The notes beneath the pieces were generated by a model that saw only the letters and a program-made list of their open reading frames with translations, searched no databases and was not told the origin of the DNA. DNA of 64,000 bases, from positions 1,864,406-1,928,405 of the forward strand of contig OZ244824.1 in NCBI GenBank assembly GCA_965220375.1, given 5' to 3'. Source of the stretch: Dehalococcoidia bacterium (GTDB lineage Bacteria > Chloroflexota > Dehalococcoidia > Lucifugimonadales > JAGWBF01). A program made the position numbers and the translations under genes. Positions 21,059-30,023 of this stretch are shown here, one piece after another. Position 1 is the stretch's first letter; each line of letters opens with the position of its first letter.

Positions 21059-21934
21059 GTGACTACAACGAAGAAGAAGAGCACCAGGGCCCGGGAAATC
21101 TTCATGCGCAAGGGGAAGCCGGCAGTCCATATGTCGGCGACCTCCGTTGCGGCCGCGAAGCAGCTGGAGCGGGCGGGATTCGAGTATATCTTCATCGGGG
21201 GGGATGCTACCCTCTCTTACATGCTGGGCGTCCCCGGCTCATACCTTGAGCTCTCGGACCGCCTCTGGATAGCCAAGTTCTTCAATGAAGCAGTGGACCT
21301 GCCCGTGCTGGTGGACTGCGACCACCTGGCGCCCCTGGGGGCCATCCACGCAGCCAAGGCCGCCGAAGAGCTTATAAAGCTGGGCATAGCCGGCATGGAC
21401 CTGGATGACCGTGTGCTGCCAACGGGGGCGGACCAGGGCCCCAAGCCCGGCTCAGGCGGCCTGGTCCGGGAACATGTGGTGGACCTGGGAATCCTGCCCA
21501 AAGAGAACATGGTGGACAAGATCAAGGCCATAGTTGAGGTCCGAAACGAACTCGACCCGGATTTCGTCGTTCGGGCGCGCTGCTATGCCCTGGACTCAAA
21601 TATTCCCATACCGGAAGCGGTGGACGCTATGATCGCCTACCGGGATGCGGGGGCGGATGTGCTATACATCGGCTATCCGCCTAGGGATGTGGAGCAGATC
21701 CGCCAGATGGTCAAGGAGATTGATGCTCCCTGCACCTGCCCAGCCTACTTCCTCAGCTACGAGCAGGCTGCCGACATAGGCCTGTGCGAGGTGCGGCATC
21801 CATACTCTCACCTGTTTGCCATGTACTCGGCGGGGTGGGACTTCCTCATGGACTTCCGGCAGCGGGGCGTCCAAGCCATTGCAGACTTCACCGAGAAGAA
21901 CAGGGACAATCCGTATTCGGGAGTCAATCGGTAG
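21059..21934 (+). CDS. isocitrate lyase / PEP mutase superfamily protein (divergent)
   Basis: The overall pattern SA..A..AGF..IFIGG......LG.P, then PVLVDCD and GIAGMDLDD, resembles the ICL/PEPM fold. The usual D.DTGFG and EDQ motifs are altered. GTG start. Confidence 0.45.
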   Translation: MTTTKKKSTRAREIFMRKGKPAVHMSATSVAAAKQLERAGFEYIFIGGDATLSYMLGVPGSYLELSDRLWIAKFFNEAVDLPVLVDCDHLAPLGAIHAAKAAEELIKLGIAGMDLDDRVLPTGADQGPKPGSGGLVREHVVDLGILPKENMVDKIKAIVEVRNELDPDFVVRARCYALDSNIPIPEAVDAMIAYRDAGADVLYIGYPPRDVEQIRQMVKEIDAPCTCPAYFLSYEQAADIGLCEVRHPYSHLFAMYSAGWDFLMDFRQRGVQAIADFTEKNRDNPYSGVNR

Positions 21935-21946
21935 CAGGAGGCAGAC

Positions 21947-22555
21947 ATGAAGATCGCTTTCATCATCTACGACGGCATGACCACCTTGGACTTCCTGGGT
22001 GTGTATGACCCCATCACCCGGTTGAAGACCATGGGGTTCCGCGACGATATCGAGTGGGACATCTGCGCCATCGGCCCCGAGGTGACGGACCAGACGGGGG
22101 ACCTGGTCATCAAGGCCACCAAGGTGAAGCCCAACCTCGCCAACTACGACTTCTTCATAGTCCCCGGCGGTCCCGGCGGGCGGGAAGTTCGCAATAGTCC
22201 CGAATTCAAGGAGTGGATTCTCACCGGCAAGGATGCTCCTTACAAGATGTCCGTCTGCGGGGGCGCCCTGGTGCTGGCGGAGGCGGGATACCTGGAAGGT
22301 AAGCGGGCTACAACCAATCGCAATGCCTTCAAGGCCCTCGAACCCTTTGTCGTCGAAGTGCTGAAGCAGCGAGTGGTAGAAGATGGCGAAGTGATAACGG
22401 CGGGCGGGGTCAGCTCCTCCCTGGACATGGGCTTGTACCTGGTGCACAAGATAGCAGGCCCGGAGGTTATGGAAGAGATCCGGGCCCAGATGGAATACAA
22501 CGGGTTTGAGCATGCCAAGGTGGAGAGCTTCGGCGAGCCGCTGAAGGTAGCCTGA
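21947..22555 (+). CDS. DJ-1/PfpI family protein
   Basis: MKIAFIIYDGMTTLDF, FIVPGG, nucleophile elbow SVCGGALVLA, VITAGGVSSSLD. Confidence 0.8.
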   Translation: MKIAFIIYDGMTTLDFLGVYDPITRLKTMGFRDDIEWDICAIGPEVTDQTGDLVIKATKVKPNLANYDFFIVPGGPGGREVRNSPEFKEWILTGKDAPYKMSVCGGALVLAEAGYLEGKRATTNRNAFKALEPFVVEVLKQRVVEDGEVITAGGVSSSLDMGLYLVHKIAGPEVMEEIRAQMEYNGFEHAKVESFGEPLKVA

Positions 22556-22556
22556 T

Positions 22557-23657
22557 ATAAGCGCCATCCGCGCCGACCAGGTTGGGAGCCTGCTGCGTCC
22601 CCCTGAGCTCCTCCGGGCGCGTAACGACTACAACGACGGCTCTATCACCCTGGACCGGCTCAGGCTTGTGGAAGACGCAGCCGTCCTACAGGTCCTCGAG
22701 GTACAGGAGCGGGCAGGGATGGATGTGGTCACCGACGGGGAGTACCGCAGAGAAGCTTTTATGTCCGAGCTGGCGGAGGCTGTAGAAGGCTTCGCTCCCC
22801 CGGAAGAGTCCGCGCCCATGCGATGGTTCGGCCCCGGTGAAAGCTCCACCCCCACCAGGGTAAGGGTCGTCAATGGGCATCTCAACCCCAAGAGGCGGCT
22901 CACCGCCCACGAGGTCTCCTTTCTCAGGGAGAATGCTCGCAAGCCCTTCAAGGTCACCCTGCCCAGCCCAACTTTCATAGCCCAGGGAGCATTCAAGCCC
23001 GGAGTCACCGACGCTTTCTACCCCACTCCAGACGACCTGCTGTGGGATTTGGTGAGGGTCATAAAAGAAGAGTTGGCCGCGACCATTGACGACGGGGTGG
23101 AATACGTCCAGCTTGATGCTCCCCAGTACACCCGCTACTGCGACCTCGGGCAACGTGAGGAGATGCGCAGCAGAGGCATCGACCCGGACGAAGCTATGGC
23201 TAGGGCAATAGCCGCCGACAGCGAATGCCAGGGAGCCGTCCAGGGGAGGGGTGTGGTCCGGGCTGTGCACATGTGCCGGGGCAATAGCCGCAGCAGGTGG
23301 CGCAGCGAGGGCGGTTACGACCCCATCGCGGAGGTGTTGTTCTCGACCCTGGATGTCGACCGGTTCCTCTTGGAGTACGACTCTGAACGGGCTGGCGGGT
23401 TCGAACCACTGCGCTACATGCCCAAGGGCAAGGATGTGGTGTTGGGGCTGGTAACCACCAAAACGGGCGACCTGGAATCTCGGGACTTGCTGCTGAGGCG
23501 CATCGATGAAGCATCCAAGCACTTCCCCTTGGAGCATCTGGCCATCAGCCCCCAGTGCGGGTTCGCTTCCGAGAGGAATGGGAACCTGCTGACCTGGGAC
23601 GACCAGCAGCGCAAGCTGGAGCTGGTGGCGGAGACGGCGCGGGCGGCCTGGGGCTAG
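22557..23657 (+). CDS. cobalamin-independent methionine synthase (MetE C-terminal domain)-like protein, with no canonical start codon
   Basis: The ORF track begins at GTG 22668, but the same frame is open from 22551 and encodes IRADQVGSLLRPPELLRARNDYNDGSITLDRL, a typical N-terminus of this family. Later motifs are VVTDGEYRR, YVQLDAP, HMCRGN and SPQCGF. Between the in-frame stop at 22548-22550 and this conserved segment the only possible starts are ATA 22557 and ATC 22566. Confidence 0.7.
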   Translation: MSAIRADQVGSLLRPPELLRARNDYNDGSITLDRLRLVEDAAVLQVLEVQERAGMDVVTDGEYRREAFMSELAEAVEGFAPPEESAPMRWFGPGESSTPTRVRVVNGHLNPKRRLTAHEVSFLRENARKPFKVTLPSPTFIAQGAFKPGVTDAFYPTPDDLLWDLVRVIKEELAATIDDGVEYVQLDAPQYTRYCDLGQREEMRSRGIDPDEAMARAIAADSECQGAVQGRGVVRAVHMCRGNSRSRWRSEGGYDPIAEVLFSTLDVDRFLLEYDSERAGGFEPLRYMPKGKDVVLGLVTTKTGDLESRDLLLRRIDEASKHFPLEHLAISPQCGFASERNGNLLTWDDQQRKLELVAETARAAWG

Positions 23658-24616
23658 AGCGCCAACTCGCCCTTAAGAGCAACGAACACCTGGCCTCCCA
23701 CTCGCACGTTCTGCACACGCCCGTCCGCCTTGTCCGCCCTGGTGAAAAGCCGTCCGTTCCGCAACACCCAGACGCCCTGCTCGATGACCACGTCGCTGCC
23801 CGGCTGGGCGACGCCATGTTCCACGATGTACGAGACGAGACACCCGGCGGCGCTGCCCGTGGCGGGGTCTTCTCGCCCGGCGGAAGCAGGCCGGGCATGG
23901 ATGGTGGCATCGCTATTGACAGTCTCCTGACAGAACATGTACAGCCCAAGGTCGGCGACTTCGGGAATCTCTTCCTTGGCTTGGGGTTGAAGCCTGGTGT
24001 TCTTGATGATCTCCAGGGACCTGAGGGGAACGATGACGAAGGGCAGGCCGGTGTTCACGACCTGAACCGGGAGGTCCGGGTCCAGGTCGTCTTCATCCCG
24101 CCCTATGGCCTGCGCCACACCTGCGCGGTCGGTGACTATCGGCCCGAAGACGGGGTCCTGCTGGGTCATCTCCAGCTTCAGACCCCCTCCGGTCCGGTCC
24201 AGGGCAACAGGGATGTCCCCGATGCCCATCTCCAACACAACCTTGTCCTGCAGGTTCTGGGTTTCGGCGACCACGTAGGCGGTGCCGAGGGTGGGGTGGC
24301 CTGCGAAGGGCAGCTCCCGCGTCGTGGTGAAGATACGCACCTTGGCATTTCCGCCATGCTCCGGGGTTTGGAGGAAGGTCGTTTCCGATATGGCCATCTC
24401 TCGCGCTATGGCCTGCATGGTGTCCGTCTCCAGACCGTTGCCGTCCAGGAAAACCGCCAGCTGGTTGCCTTCTCTGGGCCTCAGGGCAAATACATCGACC
24501 CAGAAGAACGACAGGGTATCCTTCCCGGCGCCCGGCGTGTGGGTCGCTGCATGGGCGACCTTTGTGTCGAATCTCTCCTTGACACTTCTTGCGATGCTAT
24601 GGACTAGCTCGAACAT
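23654..24616 (-). CDS. PhzF-family isomerase-like protein
   Basis: ORF 23654..24727, with the start moved to ATG 24616 (AAGGAG RBS). Motifs VDVFA..P..GNQLAVFLD, ETTFL, FAGHPTLG, GREDPATGSAAG. Confidence 0.75.
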   Translation of the reverse strand: MFELVHSIARSVKERFDTKVAHAATHTPGAGKDTLSFFWVDVFALRPREGNQLAVFLDGNGLETDTMQAIAREMAISETTFLQTPEHGGNAKVRIFTTTRELPFAGHPTLGTAYVVAETQNLQDKVVLEMGIGDIPVALDRTGGGLKLEMTQQDPVFGPIVTDRAGVAQAIGRDEDDLDPDLPVQVVNTGLPFVIVPLRSLEIIKNTRLQPQAKEEIPEVADLGLYMFCQETVNSDATIHARPASAGREDPATGSAAGCLVSYIVEHGVAQPGSDVVIEQGVWVLRNGRLFTRADKADGRVQNVRVGGQVFVALKGELAL

Positions 24617-24720
24617 CTCAGCTCCTTCAGGGCAGAATTGTGCTGACACGGCATGAAAATAGCCGACTAGAGGCCTGTCAATTATCTCCACGATCCGGAG
24701 GGCGGTCAATCTAGCGGGGA

Positions 24721-24749
24721 TTGACAATCATACCTTGCGCACCTAGAAT
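24721..24749 (+). promoter_or_regulatory. sigma70-type promoter of amidohydrolase paralog 1
   Basis: TTGACA (24721-24726), 17-nt spacer, TAGAAT (24744-24749), about 70 nt upstream of ATG 24823. Confidence 0.55.
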
Positions 24750-24822
24750 TGGCGGCAAGTGGACCTTGGTTCCCGACCGTTCAAAGAGGTCCATCGGTTG
24801 AATACAGTCGAGGAGGTGTCGC

Positions 24823-26013
24823 ATGCGAGACGGATACAAAGTGATAGACATGGATACCCATGTTCAGCCGTCCATGGAAGTGCTGGCCAAGTATGTCGAG
24901 CCCAGCTTTCGGCCTCGGATGGACGAGCTGAAGCCATACCACAGGGCGCGCACCGGCCCAGACGGGGTCACCCGCACAGGCATAACGGTGGGCGCCATTC
25001 CTTACGACCGCTTCCCGGGGACAACCCCTAAGGCAGAGGATGATAAGGCGACCCCCGGAGGCAGGGGTGCTCTCGATGGCCGGACGGTGGGAATGCACCG
25101 GGCCCAAGCCCACCCGAATGTCGAGCACGAAGATGCTAAAGGGCGCATCGAAGACATGGATCTGGAGGGCAGGGACATAGACTTCATCTTCCCCGGCACC
25201 TGGCCCGCAACCATGACTGGCTGCCCCGACATTACCCTCGGCGAGGGTCTCTATCGTGGGTACCACCACTATATGCGTGCCTACACGGCGGAAGCCCCCG
25301 ACCGTCTGATAAGCTGCCTGCAGGTTACCGCCGGCGACCCGGAGTGGACCATCTCCGAGATCAAGGAGTTCGCCAACGACAAATGGGTCGGCGCAGTATG
25401 GGTGCACCTCCCCGAGGGCATTCCTGTGGACCATCCCAACCTGGAGCCTGTTTGGGCGACCATGAACGACCTGGACCTGCCTTTGGTGCACCACAGCTTC
25501 TTCATGGAGCCCCCCTACTTCCCCGGCTACAGAGACATCTGGGGCAACACCGTCGTAGCCCGCACGGCAGCCCATCCTTGGGGTGCTGCCCGGCTGTCGG
25601 CCTACCTCATCCTTTCCGGCATTTTCGACCGCTACCCCAACATGCGCTGCGCAGTGTCTGAGGTGGGTCATGGCTGGCTTCCTAACTGGCTCATCCGCCT
25701 CGGCTTCAACAAGAGCTACGTATCGGGAGTGACCCCGGACCTGAAGTACACGCCCATCGAGTATGCCCAGATGGGACGCTTCCGGTGCGCCGCCGAACCC
25801 TTCGAAGGTGCGGCTATGACCAAGGCTTGCGTGGACATACTGGGCGAGGACTGCCTGATGCACCAGTCCGACTACCCCCACGGGCAGGCTTGGTTCCCGG
25901 AGACGGCCAAGGAGGTTATCGACTGGGACTTCTGGTCGCAGCCCAAGTACGGGAAGCGCGCGCTCCAGAAGCATATGTACGATAATGCAGCAGAGTTCCT
26001 GCGCATGAGCTAA
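24823..26013 (+). CDS. amidohydrolase-2 (ACMSD/LigW-type metal-dependent hydrolase) family protein, paralog 1 of 4
   Basis: MRDGYKVIDMDTHV N-terminus, HHSFF, GHGWLPNW, MHQSDYPHG. Length 396 aa. Confidence 0.8.
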   Translation: MRDGYKVIDMDTHVQPSMEVLAKYVEPSFRPRMDELKPYHRARTGPDGVTRTGITVGAIPYDRFPGTTPKAEDDKATPGGRGALDGRTVGMHRAQAHPNVEHEDAKGRIEDMDLEGRDIDFIFPGTWPATMTGCPDITLGEGLYRGYHHYMRAYTAEAPDRLISCLQVTAGDPEWTISEIKEFANDKWVGAVWVHLPEGIPVDHPNLEPVWATMNDLDLPLVHHSFFMEPPYFPGYRDIWGNTVVARTAAHPWGAARLSAYLILSGIFDRYPNMRCAVSEVGHGWLPNWLIRLGFNKSYVSGVTPDLKYTPIEYAQMGRFRCAAEPFEGAAMTKACVDILGEDCLMHQSDYPHGQAWFPETAKEVIDWDFWSQPKYGKRALQKHMYDNAAEFLRMS

Positions 26014-26037
26014 ACGCAGGATAACCGATGATTCCTG

Positions 26038-26071
26038 GGAAGGGGACGCCATTAGCGTCCCCTTCCTTTTT
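26038..26071 (+). terminator. intrinsic terminator after amidohydrolase 1
   Basis: 12-bp stem GGAAGGGGACGC / GCGTCCCCTTCC, 5-nt loop, followed by TTTTT. Confidence 0.75.
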
Positions 26072-26073
26072 CC

Positions 26074-26102
26074 TTGACAGCCCAAGCCCACGCCCATACA
26101 AT
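26074..26102 (+). promoter_or_regulatory. sigma70-type promoter of amidohydrolase paralogs 2-4
   Basis: TTGACA (26074-26079), 17-nt spacer, TACAAT (26097-26102), directly after the terminator. Confidence 0.5.
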
Positions 26103-26184
26103 TGGCCGCAAGGCAGGCAAGTCTGGCGAGTTCCCTATGGCACACAGCCTGTAACATCTACAGTGAATGGCAGGGAGGCGACAC

Positions 26185-27366
26185 GTGCGAGACGGCTACA
26201 AAATCATAGATATGGACACCCATGTAAACCCCGCCCATGAAGTGCTGGAAAAATACATGGAACCCAGCTTCCGGCCCCGGCAGCCCGAGTTCAAGCCCTA
26301 CCTGCGGGTCAGGGAGATCAGCGGCGTTACCTCATCGGGCATCAGCTTCGGAGCGATACCATTTGACCGGTTTCCGGGAACGGCCCCCTCGGAAGATGAT
26401 GACAAGCCCAAGCCCGGAGGGCGCTCGGCCCTGGAGGGCCGGGCTGGCAACACCCACCGGCATCCGACTCAGCCGGCCGTCCAGGAAGAGAACTCCGTAG
26501 GACGCCTGCATGACATGGACCTGGAGGGCAGGGACATCGACTACATAATCCCCGGCACATGGGCCACGACGATTACGGGCATCGAAGACGTCAGCTTGGC
26601 CGAGGGAATGTACGCCGCCTACCACAACTACATTCAGGAGTACACCTCCCCCGATTCCAGTCGGCTCAAGAGCGCCATCCAGGTGCCCGGCGCCGACCCG
26701 GAGTGGGCCATCTCCGAGATTAAGAAGTGGAGCAACGCTCCTTGGGCAGTGGCGGTGTGGGTGCATCTTAAGGAGGGTCTTCCCATCGACGACCCCACCC
26801 TCTACCCCATCTGGGATGTGGTCAACGACCTGGACCTCCCGTACATCCACCACAGCTTCTTTTTCGAGCCACCCTACTTCCCGGGCTACCGGGATATCTG
26901 GGGCAACACCGTGGTGGCCCGCTCGGCCGCCCATCCCTGGGGCGCAGCCCGCCTCTTCTCTTACGTGATCCTCTCCGGGATGCTGGACCGGTACCCCAAC
27001 CTTCGCTTCGGCGCCATGGAAGTGGGGCATGGCTGGCTTCCCAACTGGCTCATCCGCCTGGGCTTCAACAAGAGCTACGTTTCGGGTGTGACCCCGGACC
27101 TGAAGTACACCCCCATCGAGTACGCCCAGATGGGCAGGGTTGCCTGCGGGTGTGAGCCTTTTGAAGGTCCCGCCATGACCAAAGCAGTGATCGAGATACT
27201 GGGCGAGGACTGCCTCATGCACCAGTCCGACTACCCTCACGGGCAGGCATGGTTCCCGGAGACGGCCAAGGAGGTCATGGAGTGGGACATCTGGGGAGAG
27301 CTGGGGAAGGATGCCCTCAAGAAGCATATGTACGATAACGCCGCGAGCTTCCTTCGCCTGAGCTAG
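26185..27366 (+). CDS. amidohydrolase-2 family protein, paralog 2 of 4
   Basis: ORF 26167..27366, with GTG 26185 preferred (VRDGYKIIDMDTHV, GGGAGG RBS). Same motif set as paralog 1. Confidence 0.8.
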   Translation: MRDGYKIIDMDTHVNPAHEVLEKYMEPSFRPRQPEFKPYLRVREISGVTSSGISFGAIPFDRFPGTAPSEDDDKPKPGGRSALEGRAGNTHRHPTQPAVQEENSVGRLHDMDLEGRDIDYIIPGTWATTITGIEDVSLAEGMYAAYHNYIQEYTSPDSSRLKSAIQVPGADPEWAISEIKKWSNAPWAVAVWVHLKEGLPIDDPTLYPIWDVVNDLDLPYIHHSFFFEPPYFPGYRDIWGNTVVARSAAHPWGAARLFSYVILSGMLDRYPNLRFGAMEVGHGWLPNWLIRLGFNKSYVSGVTPDLKYTPIEYAQMGRVACGCEPFEGPAMTKAVIEILGEDCLMHQSDYPHGQAWFPETAKEVMEWDIWGELGKDALKKHMYDNAASFLRLS

Positions 27367-27400
27367 AACAAGGTGCGCAACACCCTAAGGTAGGTGCATC

Positions 27401-28585
27401 ATGAGAGATGGCTACAAGGTCATCGATATGGATACCCATGTGAACCCCGACTTTACGGTTCTGGAGAAGTTCGTCGAGCCCAGCTTCCGTCCCCGACTGG
27501 AAGATCTTGCTCCCTACATTCGCCAGAGGCAGGCGGTTGAGGGAGGCAGCAGAAAAAGCCTGAGCATCGGACCTGTGCGCTTCAATCGCTTCCCTGGGAC
27601 GGCGCCAGATGCCAGCGATGCCGCGGCGGTAGTGGGAGGCCGTGACGCCTTGGAAGGCAGGACCACCAGCCAGCACAGGGCCAAAGTGCAGCCCGATACC
27701 CAGGATGAGAACGCCGAAGGACGCATCCACGATATGGATATCGAGGGCCGGGATATCGACATGATATTCCCAACCCAGTGGGTGTCCACCATGACAGCCC
27801 TGGATGACGTCACCCTTACCCATGGGCTCTATCGGGCATACCACAACTACATGCAGTCCTACACCTCCATAGCCCCCGATCGTCTCAAGAGCGAGATACA
27901 GGTCCCCGGGTCCGATCCTGAGTGGGCTGTATCGGAGATCAAGAGATGGGGGAACGAGAAGTGGGTGGCAGGGGTTTGGATACATCTGAAAGAAGGGCTG
28001 CCCATAGATGATCCATCCATAGACCCCGTCTTTGCCACCATGAACGACATGGACCTGCCCCTGGTGCATCATAGCTTCTTCTTCGAGCCACCCTACTTCC
28101 CAGGCTACAAGGATATCTGGGGTAACACAGTGGTGGCCCGCAGCGCAGCCCATCCTTGGGGCGCTGCCAGGCTGGGGGCTTACATCATCCTGTCGGGGCT
28201 GTTCGACAGGTACCCCAATCTGCGGTTCGCAACATCGGAGACGGGGCACGGCTGGCTGCCCAACTGGGTGATCCGCCTGGGCTTCAATAAGAGCTACGTA
28301 AGCGGTGTAACACCGGACCTGAAGTACACACCCCTGGAGTATTGCCAGATGGGGCGCTGGGTGTGCGCCGCCGAGCCTTTCGAAGGTCCCGCCATGACCA
28401 AGGCATGTATCGAGGTCCTGGGTGAGGACTGCCTGATGCACCAGTCGGACTATCCCCACGGCGAATGCTGGTGGCCCGAGACGGCGAAAGAGGTCATGGA
28501 GTGGAACTTCTGGCCCGAGTTCAGCTCGGCGGCCCTGACAAAGCACATGTCGGGCAATGCGGAGAAGTTTCTGAGACTGGCCTGA
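27401..28585 (+). CDS. amidohydrolase-2 family protein, paralog 3 of 4
   Basis: MRDGYKVIDMDTHV, HHSFFFEPPYFPGYKDIWGN, GHGWLPNW, MHQSDYPHG. It lies 34 nt after paralog 2. Confidence 0.8.
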   Translation: MRDGYKVIDMDTHVNPDFTVLEKFVEPSFRPRLEDLAPYIRQRQAVEGGSRKSLSIGPVRFNRFPGTAPDASDAAAVVGGRDALEGRTTSQHRAKVQPDTQDENAEGRIHDMDIEGRDIDMIFPTQWVSTMTALDDVTLTHGLYRAYHNYMQSYTSIAPDRLKSEIQVPGSDPEWAVSEIKRWGNEKWVAGVWIHLKEGLPIDDPSIDPVFATMNDMDLPLVHHSFFFEPPYFPGYKDIWGNTVVARSAAHPWGAARLGAYIILSGLFDRYPNLRFATSETGHGWLPNWVIRLGFNKSYVSGVTPDLKYTPLEYCQMGRWVCAAEPFEGPAMTKACIEVLGEDCLMHQSDYPHGECWWPETAKEVMEWNFWPEFSSAALTKHMSGNAEKFLRLA

Positions 28586-28654
28586 GATATAGGGGCTCCG
28601 AGCGCGGAGCAGGGAATACCTGGTCAAACCGGAAAATAGCACAGGAGGCGTAAG

Positions 28655-29836
28655 TTGAGAGACGGTTACAAGATCATAGATATGGATACCCATGTGAACC
28701 CAGCAATGGAGGTCCTGGAGAAATACGTGGAGCCCAGCTTCCGTTCCCGGATAGAGGAGCTTAAGCCCTTCTATCGTGTGCGGACGAACCCCGATGGCAG
28801 CACCCGCAGCGGCATCACCGTCGGCGCTATCCCCTTTGACCGCTTCCCCGGCACTGCCCCCAAGTCGGACGACGATAAGGCAGTTGCCGGTGGCAGGAGC
28901 GCCCTGGAAGGCCGTACCGTCAGCCAGCACCGGGCAAAGGCCCATGCAGGCGTCGATGAAGAGAACTCCGCCGATCGCCTGATCGACATGGACCTGGAGG
29001 GCCGGGACATCGACTTCATCTTCCCCGGGACCTGGGCAACCACCATAACCGGCTTGGACGATGTCACCCTGAGCGAGGGCCTCTACCGGGGCTATCACAA
29101 CTACATGGACACCTTCACTGCCGTGAACACCGACCGCTTGAAGACCGCCATACAGGTGCCGGGCATAGACCCGGAGTGGGCAGTGTCGGAGATCAAGCAC
29201 TGGGGCAACTCGCCATGGGCGGCGGCAGTTTGGGTCCACCTGAAGGAAGGTCTTCCCATAGATGACCCTTCCTTGGAGCCGGTATTCGCCGCTATCAATG
29301 ACCTTAACCTGCCCCTGGTGCACCACAGCTTCTTCTTCGAGCCTCCCTACTTCCCTGGCTACAAGGATATCTGGGGCAACACTGTGGTCGCCCGCACGGC
29401 AGCCCATCCTTGGGGAGCAGCCAGGCTGTTCGCCTATGTGATCCTGTCGGGGATGCTGGACCGCTATCCTAACCTGCGCTTCGGTACCGCTGAGGTGGGG
29501 CACGGCTGGCTTCCCAACTGGCTCATCCGCTTGGGCTTCAACAAGAGCTACGTATCCGGCGTGACCCCGGACCTGAAGTACACGCCCATCGAGTATGCCC
29601 AGATGGGGCGGGTGGTATGCGCCGCCGAGCCCTTCGAGGGTCCTGCCATGACCAGGGCTTGTGTCGAAATACTGGGTGAGGACTGCCTCATGCACCAGTC
29701 CGACTATCCCCATGGCCAGGCGTGGTTCCCGGAGACGGCCAAGGAGGTCATGGAGTGGGATATATGGGGCGATTTCGGCAAGGATGCCCTCAAGAAGCAT
29801 ATGTATGACAATGCCTCCTCATTCCTGAGGCTGTAG
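28655..29836 (+). CDS. amidohydrolase-2 family protein, paralog 4 of 4
   Basis: TTG start (LRDGYKIIDMDTHV) with a GGAGG RBS. The C-terminal half is nearly identical to paralog 2. Confidence 0.8.
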   Translation: MRDGYKIIDMDTHVNPAMEVLEKYVEPSFRSRIEELKPFYRVRTNPDGSTRSGITVGAIPFDRFPGTAPKSDDDKAVAGGRSALEGRTVSQHRAKAHAGVDEENSADRLIDMDLEGRDIDFIFPGTWATTITGLDDVTLSEGLYRGYHNYMDTFTAVNTDRLKTAIQVPGIDPEWAVSEIKHWGNSPWAAAVWVHLKEGLPIDDPSLEPVFAAINDLNLPLVHHSFFFEPPYFPGYKDIWGNTVVARTAAHPWGAARLFAYVILSGMLDRYPNLRFGTAEVGHGWLPNWLIRLGFNKSYVSGVTPDLKYTPIEYAQMGRVVCAAEPFEGPAMTRACVEILGEDCLMHQSDYPHGQAWFPETAKEVMEWDIWGDFGKDALKKHMYDNASSFLRL

Positions 29837-29874
29837 GTTTGGCGGCATAAATCGTCGCCTGAATGTGGGCAATT

Positions 29875-29913
29875 AGAGGGCCGGGCTTCTCAGAAGCCCG
29901 GCCCTCTGTATTT
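29875..29913 (+). terminator. intrinsic terminator after the amidohydrolase array
   Basis: 14-bp stem AGAGGGCCGGGCTT / AAGCCCGGCCCTCT, 5-nt loop, followed by GTATTTGT. Confidence 0.65.
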
Positions 29914-29955
29914 GTGCGCTGCCGGCAGAGTCTCTTCCGGGTCAGCACCGGCTTG

Positions 29956-29985
29956 TTGACAAATAGAACATAAGTTCTGTAACAT
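29956..29985 (+). promoter_or_regulatory. sigma70-type promoter of imuB-dnaE2
   Basis: TTGACA (29956-29961), 18-nt spacer, TAACAT (29980-29985). The spacer contains the LexA box. Confidence 0.5.
29965..29978. promoter_or_regulatory. LexA (SOS/Cheo-type) box AGAACATAAGTTCT
   Basis: Perfect palindromic arms AGAAC-N4-GTTCT (the GAAC-N4-GTTC core of the Gram-positive/Chloroflexi-type SOS box) between the -35 and -10 boxes, upstream of a typical SOS mutagenesis cassette. Confidence 0.65.
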
Positions 29986-30023
29986 CATCTGCCCAGCCAC
30001 CCGGCCTGGACCAAGGAGCTTCT

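Noticed and set aside
27317-29800. 827-aa minus-strand ORF spanning amidohydrolase paralogs 3 and 4 and the end of paralog 2. Similar antisense ORFs lie at 24781..26157 and 26332..27327.
   Set aside because: These are shadow ORFs of GC-rich genes. The plus-strand products have clear family motifs, RBSs and sensible gene boundaries. The minus-strand translations are Gly/Arg/Pro/Val-rich low-complexity sequence with no motifs, and they run straight through intergenic spacers.
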